Shown here: positions 58,516 through 64,000 of the stretch, in pieces
Position numbering within the stretch: the stretch's first letter is position 1
How the letters are laid out: each line of letters begins with the position of its first letter
Assembly: GCA_963764165.1 (NCBI GenBank)
Contig: CAVXRD010000003.1
Coordinates: 704,001 to 768,000 of the forward strand
DNA length: 64,000 bases
Origin: an uncultured Verrucomicrobiae bacterium
GTDB taxonomy: Bacteria; Verrucomicrobiota; Verrucomicrobiia; Limisphaerales; Palsa-1400
Reading direction: 5' to 3'
Translations under genes and position numbers: made by a program
Notes under the pieces: generated by a model
The model's input: the letters and a program-made list of their open reading frames with translations, nothing else
Told to the model about the DNA's origin: nothing
Database searches by the model: none

Positions 58516-60711
58516 TCAATGGGATGCTGCCAGCAGGTCATGCTCGTCGTCGCCATCGTGGAGGTCGGGAACCAAATGGAGTTCAACCCAAAAACGGCTG
58601 CCGTGGCCCTGCTCGGAAATCGCGCCCACCGTGCCGCCCATGCGCTCCACAACTTTGCGGACAATCGCCAAGCCTATTCCCGTCCCCTCGTAGCGGTCGT
58701 CCAGCTTCTCGTACATTCCGAACAGCCGCTTTTGCGCCGCGGCTGGAATGCCGATGCCATTGTCCTCCACCCAAATCCGCGTCACATCTCCTCTGTTCTC
58801 CGCGCGCACGCGAATGACGGGACGGATTCCCGGCGTCACAAACTTGACGGCATTGCCAAGCAGGTTCGAAAAGCATTGGGTCAAGTATGATTCGTTGCCC
58901 GTCACCATGGGCAGGGTTCCTTCAACTTGAATGTCCGCCCGGGACGGATGCAGGTGCGGATAAACGTCGATCAGGTCGCGCACGATTTTGTCGAGGTCCA
59001 CCGGCGATTGCGGCACCTCCTGCAAAACAACTTTGGTGTAGCTAAGAGCGTCAACTATAAGCTGATCCAGGCGGCGCGCCGCGCGGACGATGCGGCGGCA
59101 GTAATCCTCTGCTTCCAAGGGCGTGGGGCGGGATTCGGAGGTTTGGTCCATCAGCATCTCCGCAAACGCGCTCATCGCTCGGAGCGGGGCGCGCATGTCA
59201 TGGGTTATGGAGTAAGAGATGTGCTGCAGCTCGTTGACCATTTCCTGCAATTTTGTGGTGCGCTCCTGGACGCGCAGCTCCAATTCCTCGCGGCCGCGGG
59301 CCAGGTTTTCCCGGGCGGCCACAATTTCCGTGGCGTCATGAACAATTTTTGAAGCGCCAATGATGTGTCCGTGCTCGTCCCGCAAAGGCGAAACGCTCAG
59401 TGAAACCGGGATGCGCGCCCCGTCCTTGGCCACCCGCACGGTTTCAATGCGCTCCACCCGCAGCCCACGCCGGATCTTTCCGAGAATGAAATCCTCCTCC
59501 CCCAGCCGTTCCGGCGGGAGAAGCAGCGTGATCGGCTTTCCGATCATTTCCTCCGGCTTGTAGCCAAATAGCTTTTCCGCGCCTATGTTCCACGTCCGAA
59601 CAATTCCGTCCAGCCCCTTGGAAATGATGGCGTCCTCGGACGATTCCACAATGGCGGCCAGCCGCGAACGGGTTTCCTCCGCCTTGTTCTGATTCGTCCA
59701 GTCGCGAAACACGACGACAACGCCGAATGGCGCTCCGCCCTGCTGGCGAATGGGCGCAGCGCTTTCGTCGATTGGGTATTCGGCGCCAGTCTTGGAGAGC
59801 AGCAGCGTGTGGTTAATTTGGCCCGTGGGAGCGCCAAATCGCAGCGCCCGCTTTACCGGGCTGTCCTTGGTCTGGCGCGTCGTGGCGTCGACGATGCGGA
59901 ATACCTTTGAAACCGGCTGGCCGGCGGCTTCCTTCGGATTCCAGCCTGTCAAGCGCGCCGCCTCGGCATTTAGAAATGTTACGTTCTCTTCGGTATCTGT
60001 GACAATGACCCCGTCGCCAATGGAAGCCAGGGTGGTTCCGAGCAGCTCCTTTTGCCGCTTCATTTCAAGGATGGCCGCCTCCCGCGCCCGCGCCGTCCTC
60101 GTGACGCGCACATCCGCCCAGGCAAGGAAGGCCAGATTTGTCACAATCGTAAAAACAAAAGCCAGAACACGCGCCGAATCCGCAAGTTGCGCGCGGCGCA
60201 TGGTTTTGGCCAGCACCGCAGTCACGGCGGATTTCTGCTTCTCGATGTCCCCATGGATCGCATCTGTCAGTTGAATGCCCCGCCCGGTTTGCAGAGAGGC
60301 CAGCGCGGATGACAAGCCGCTCTTGGCGTGAAGCAGCAGGACTTCCCTCATTTCAGACTGTTTGGCTTCGACATCGCGGATGAGATTTTCGACCCCGTTG
60401 GGGGCAAGTTCGCCCGCGGCCGCGTGGCCCCGGAGAATGTCCTTTTCCATCTCAATCTGCGTGAGCGCCTGGCGATAGGCCTGGAGATAACGGCCATTGG
60501 CGGTCAGAAAGTAACTGTGCATGGACGTCTCGGCATCATCCACGCTCGCGACTGTTTCCTCAAGGTGCTGCTCGACCGCCCGTTCCGTCTCCACTCGCGA
60601 GGAGAAATGCAGGGCCACCAATCCCACCACGAACGTAAACAGGAGCGTTGCCGCAAAGACGATGGCCGCCAGCGTAAAGACGCGGATTTTATAGGCAGGA
60701 TTTGTTTTCAC
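58516..60711 (-). CDS. Sensor histidine kinase (CHASE3-like, two PAS)
   Basis: Two TMs, PAS domains, ITHDMRAPL, NLLGNAVKF, DNGIG, GTGIGL. Confidence 0.95.
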   Translation of the reverse strand: MKTNPAYKIRVFTLAAIVFAATLLFTFVVGLVALHFSSRVETERAVEQHLEETVASVDDAETSMHSYFLTANGRYLQAYRQALTQIEMEKDILRGHAAAGELAPNGVENLIRDVEAKQSEMREVLLLHAKSGLSSALASLQTGRGIQLTDAIHGDIEKQKSAVTAVLAKTMRRAQLADSARVLAFVFTIVTNLAFLAWADVRVTRTARAREAAILEMKRQKELLGTTLASIGDGVIVTDTEENVTFLNAEAARLTGWNPKEAAGQPVSKVFRIVDATTRQTKDSPVKRALRFGAPTGQINHTLLLSKTGAEYPIDESAAPIRQQGGAPFGVVVVFRDWTNQNKAEETRSRLAAIVESSEDAIISKGLDGIVRTWNIGAEKLFGYKPEEMIGKPITLLLPPERLGEEDFILGKIRRGLRVERIETVRVAKDGARIPVSLSVSPLRDEHGHIIGASKIVHDATEIVAARENLARGREELELRVQERTTKLQEMVNELQHISYSITHDMRAPLRAMSAFAEMLMDQTSESRPTPLEAEDYCRRIVRAARRLDQLIVDALSYTKVVLQEVPQSPVDLDKIVRDLIDVYPHLHPSRADIQVEGTLPMVTGNESYLTQCFSNLLGNAVKFVTPGIRPVIRVRAENRGDVTRIWVEDNGIGIPAAAQKRLFGMYEKLDDRYEGTGIGLAIVRKVVERMGGTVGAISEQGHGSRFWVELHLVPDLHDGDDEHDLLAASH

Positions 60712-61653
60712 TCATTGAAAGGGCAGTTTGGAGCTGGCCTGCGATTTGTTTGTGGGCGCGTTTTCGGCAAGCTTGAGCGTGATGGCAGGCGACCAATCCT
60801 TCCACCCGTCTTTCGGCTTTTCATAAAGATCGAAAACGGCCCCGTTCGTGACGGCTTGAGCGGGTTCCGGCGGCGTGGCAAAAGCGATGCCGCCACTGAG
60901 CAGGGTCGAGGCCGATTCGGCCGACACCTCTGCGCCTTTGAATAATCCAAACTTGAAATCGACTCCGCCCGCGTTCCAAAATTTTGAATTGCCGCGCACC
61001 AGCGGCGCATATTCCTGGCGGATTCTGGCCCGAATCAGCACGCCTGCCGCGTCCTCCGACAGTTGGTCGCCCAAAACTTCTCCAACCTCGACGCCTCGAT
61101 AAAAAATCGGCGAATGCTCCCGCAGCGAATCCAAGGACGGCGCCCGAATCGTGATAAGCAATGCGCCAGGCTGCGGATCAGGTGGCGCTTCGGATGCGGC
61201 GGTGAAAGAATTTGTTTCGGCGCCGTGACCTGGCTGGACGGTGATGTATTCGCCAGAAACAATCGTCCGAAGCCCGCTGATGGTGCCGACTTTCAATTCA
61301 GGGCGGACGATCCAGAAAATGGAACCTTCGCGCGCGAGATCCTTCGCAGACCCGTCGAGGCGGGCAGTCACCTTCACATGTTTCAAATCCGGCGCGAGGC
61401 TCAGCGATTTGACGACGCCCACTTGCGAGCCGCGGTATTGGACACTCGTGTTGCCGGCCTCCAGTCCTTCGGTGTTCTGAAAGTAAATCGTGATCAACGG
61501 ACCCGTCGCGACGTAATCGCGATAGACAAACCACACACAGAGCGCCGCCGCTGCCAGCGGAACCAGCCACAAAAGCCATGCCGGGCGCGCTTTCTTAATG
61601 ACGGCCTTCGGCAGAGCCCGCCCTTCCGCGCGGCCATTTTGGAGCCTATTCAT
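60712..61653 (-). CDS. pqiB: PqiB/MCE (MlaD) family protein, two MCE domains
   Basis: WLVPL, EGLEAGNTSVQYRGSQVGVV, FWIVRP, SPIFYRGVEVGEV, SKFWNAGG. Confidence 0.85.
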   Translation of the reverse strand: MNRLQNGRAEGRALPKAVIKKARPAWLLWLVPLAAAALCVWFVYRDYVATGPLITIYFQNTEGLEAGNTSVQYRGSQVGVVKSLSLAPDLKHVKVTARLDGSAKDLAREGSIFWIVRPELKVGTISGLRTIVSGEYITVQPGHGAETNSFTAASEAPPDPQPGALLITIRAPSLDSLREHSPIFYRGVEVGEVLGDQLSEDAAGVLIRARIRQEYAPLVRGNSKFWNAGGVDFKFGLFKGAEVSAESASTLLSGGIAFATPPEPAQAVTNGAVFDLYEKPKDGWKDWSPAITLKLAENAPTNKSQASSKLPFQ

Positions 61654-62308
61654 TTAGCTTCCTCTCCTTTGGATCATCCCACAGCAGGCGGGGATCAAAG
61701 CTCAACGTTGCCAAAAGGGTCAGCGCCACCACCGCCGCAAAGGAAAACACACCCCTCCCCGGATGCACGGTCGCGACCCGCCCCATTTCGATCATGGACA
61801 AGGAAATCGCCAGCAGAAACACCTCAAGCATGTTCCATGGGTCAATAATGCGAATAACGTGGTAAATCCATGCGCGAGCCTTCTTCCACCGCGGCCAATC
61901 GAGTGTCAAAGATATCAACAACAGCCCAATGATCTTCAGGGCCGGCGAAAGAATGCTCGTGCAGAAAACCAGGCAGGCGATGAAGTATTGGCGCTCCCGG
62001 AACAAGGCGTGAATACCCTGAATGATCGTCGTCTCGCTGTGGAGGCCGTGATATTCCGCGGTGATGAGCGGATAGAAGTTGGAAGGAAAGTAAAGCAACA
62101 GCGCCGCCAGTGAAAACGTGAGCGTCCGGACCCGGCTGTTGGGGCGGCGATGCTGCAGATGAAATCCGCACCTTGGGCAGCAAGCTTTCGAACCCGGCGG
62201 AATATATTCCACCTCCTGCACCAGACCACAAGTGTCGCAGGCAGCCACGCGCGATGCCGATGAGTTCTTCGAGTCTGCGACCTCCTCCTGCTGCTGCGAT
62301 GCAGTCAT
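61646..62308 (-). CDS. pqiA: Paraquat-inducible protein A (PqiA)
   Basis: CxxC..CPRC zinc finger, PSNFYP, WNMLEVF, SFDPRLLWD. Confidence 0.9.
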   Translation of the reverse strand: MTASQQQEEVADSKNSSASRVAACDTCGLVQEVEYIPPGSKACCPRCGFHLQHRRPNSRVRTLTFSLAALLLYFPSNFYPLITAEYHGLHSETTIIQGIHALFRERQYFIACLVFCTSILSPALKIIGLLLISLTLDWPRWKKARAWIYHVIRIIDPWNMLEVFLLAISLSMIEMGRVATVHPGRGVFSFAAVVALTLLATLSFDPRLLWDDPKERKLNE

Positions 62309-62440
62309 GTGCAAACAATAGCGCACTCCGAGGTCTCCACAAATGGGTTCTGCCCCTACGGCTATACCGAGGTAATCACCTACTTAGCGCCGGGACGCGG
62401 TGTGAACTAAGGTGGGTGGGTCAATGCCACCAAACTCAAC

Positions 62441-64000
62441 ATGATGAACGCGCGCGAAACCCAACCGGGCCGCTCCGGCGCGGCCCCCGCTGGCACCGTC
62501 AGAACCACGAAGGAAGCGATGCGCAAACTCGTGATGCGCCGTCCGAGCGGCCAATTCTTCGAGACCGTTGTCGTTGTCTGGTTGACACTTTCCGCCGCGA
62601 GCGTCGTGCTGGCGGCGGCCACTTGGGTTACTCTTTCAAATCAATTGAACGCCGCCAACCGCGCGGTGGGCGTCCGGCTGGAGCTTGGCTCCATCTGCCA
62701 GTTGCTCCTTCAAACTCAAACCAGCGAGGCCGACTATATCATTACGGGCAATTCACGATATTTTGACGCGTTCAGCAGAGACGCCAAAAGCGTGGCCGCC
62801 GAATGCCGGCACCTGGGAGCGCTGGCTGAAGGTGATTCAAGCCTCTTGGGGCAAACTGCCTCTTTCCGCCGCAAGGCGCAGGATTGCCTTGAATATCAAG
62901 AAGAAATTATGCGCTCGGCCCAGGCCAATGGAGTCGCCGCGGCCGCGGCGAAACTTCAATCCGGCGAAGGAAAACGAAGAATGGCCGCCGTGGTTGACGA
63001 TCTCTCCGCGATGGGCGCCTCTCCCTCTGCGCTTGTCTTCGCGCAAGGGGCAAGCGCCCGTTTGCAATTGACCCGCGCCAGTCTCACCAGCCTGACGGCC
63101 GGCATACTCGGCATTGGCGCCGGGCTCTTTGCATTCTGGCTGTCGCGCATGACTGTCAAACACCAAGAGCGCGAGCGCGAGCTGATCGAGGCGAAAATGC
63201 AAGCCGACCGCCGCAGCCAGGAGAAAACAGTCTTTCTCGCCAACATGAGCCACGAAATTCGAACGCCCATGAACGCCATTCTTGGCTTCGGCGAATTGCT
63301 GGAAAATGATATCCAGGAAGAAAAGCAGCGGGATTATCTGCAATCGATCCGCCGGAGCGCTTCGTCCCTGATGCAGCTCATCAATGACATGCTTGACATG
63401 TCCAAGATTGAAGCGGGCGTCCTGGAATTGCGAATGGAGCCCACCGACCTCCGCGAAGTTTTGCAATTTATCAAAACGATGTTTTGCGAATCGGCCGCCA
63501 GGAAAGGCCTCAAGCTCTCGTGGGTGATTCCCGACGAAGTCCCGCGGTCGCTTCTGCTGGATCGGATTCGGCTCCGCCAGATTCTGGTAAACCTCCTGGG
63601 AAACGCCGTCAAATTTACGGACAGCGGCGCGATTGAAACCCGCCTGCGCTGGCAACAGCAGGAATCCGGGCAGGCTGGGTCGCTCTCGATTGAAGTGGAA
63701 GACACGGGCGTCGGCATCCCTTCCGGCCGGCTGGAGGCCATTTTCAAACCATTCGTCCAGGCGGGCGCCCATCGCGACAAGGAATACCAGGGCGCCGGGC
63801 TCGGGCTTGCGATCGTTAAACGATTGACGGAAATGATGGGAGGCAGCGTCACCGCCAGGAGCGAACCGGAGCACGGCTCGCTGTTTCAGCTTCATTTCCC
63901 CAGTGTCGCCATCTCGGAGCACGCCCCCGCCGCCGATCCCGTTCGCGTTATCCGCGAGACGGACTTCAACGAATTGCGTCCGACTACACTGCTGGCGGTG
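62441..64000 (+). CDS. Hybrid sensor histidine kinase (runs off the window)
   Basis: Not in the ORF track. Open frame from ATG 62441: two TMs, FLANMSHEIRTPMNAILG, NLLGNAVKFT, DTGVGI, GAGLGLAI, start of a receiver domain at the edge. Confidence 0.92.
   Translation, partial: MMNARETQPGRSGAAPAGTVRTTKEAMRKLVMRRPSGQFFETVVVVWLTLSAASVVLAAATWVTLSNQLNAANRAVGVRLELGSICQLLLQTQTSEADYIITGNSRYFDAFSRDAKSVAAECRHLGALAEGDSSLLGQTASFRRKAQDCLEYQEEIMRSAQANGVAAAAAKLQSGEGKRRMAAVVDDLSAMGASPSALVFAQGASARLQLTRASLTSLTAGILGIGAGLFAFWLSRMTVKHQERERELIEAKMQADRRSQEKTVFLANMSHEIRTPMNAILGFGELLENDIQEEKQRDYLQSIRRSASSLMQLINDMLDMSKIEAGVLELRMEPTDLREVLQFIKTMFCESAARKGLKLSWVIPDEVPRSLLLDRIRLRQILVNLLGNAVKFTDSGAIETRLRWQQQESGQAGSLSIEVEDTGVGIPSGRLEAIFKPFVQAGAHRDKEYQGAGLGLAIVKRLTEMMGGSVTARSEPEHGSLFQLHFPSVAISEHAPAADPVRVIRETDFNELRPTTLLAV

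Overview
Bacterial window; the gene style (Ig/LamG/lectin secreted proteins with C-terminal [FY]YR[LV] tails, a DUF3486-like orphan, REP-like repeats) suggests Verrucomicrobiota, which is an inference. From left to right: a secreted kinase-like protein cut by the window edge; dnaE; rhodanese; a GreA/B-like factor; a plus-strand operon of TunA-like NDP-sugar dehydratase, WecB/TagA glycosyltransferase and B12-radical SAM; ftsH; nitroreductase; GH15; a cyclic-peptide ABC exporter; and a 19-kb three-gene NRPS. The NRPS is the main novelty: A(Thr/Ser-like)-T-C(dehydrating modAA-like)-A(Gly)-T | C-A(Val)-T | C-A(Val/Ile)-T-TE(Cys)-halfC-A(Ala)-T-C-FkbH-T-TE(Cys). It has an internal cysteine thioesterase where the catalytic lobe of a C domain should be, and a glycerate-loading terminal module. 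The only PPTase in the window lies inside a co-oriented glycosyltransferase operon (GT2, nucleotidyltransferase-like, PPTase, WecB-STAS-STAS, GT4). That operon, a nucleotide-pyrophosphatase gene and the NRPS look like one minus-strand peptide-glycan cluster split by two accessory blocks (toxin-antitoxin debris, tandem lectin-like adhesins, a HAF-repeat protein, REP/MITE elements). The right end holds two-component genes and pqiAB. No rRNA, tRNA or CRISPR array was seen. Several frameshifts in the accessory blocks could be real decay or assembly errors. Domain and specificity calls come from reading motifs by eye, not from database searches.
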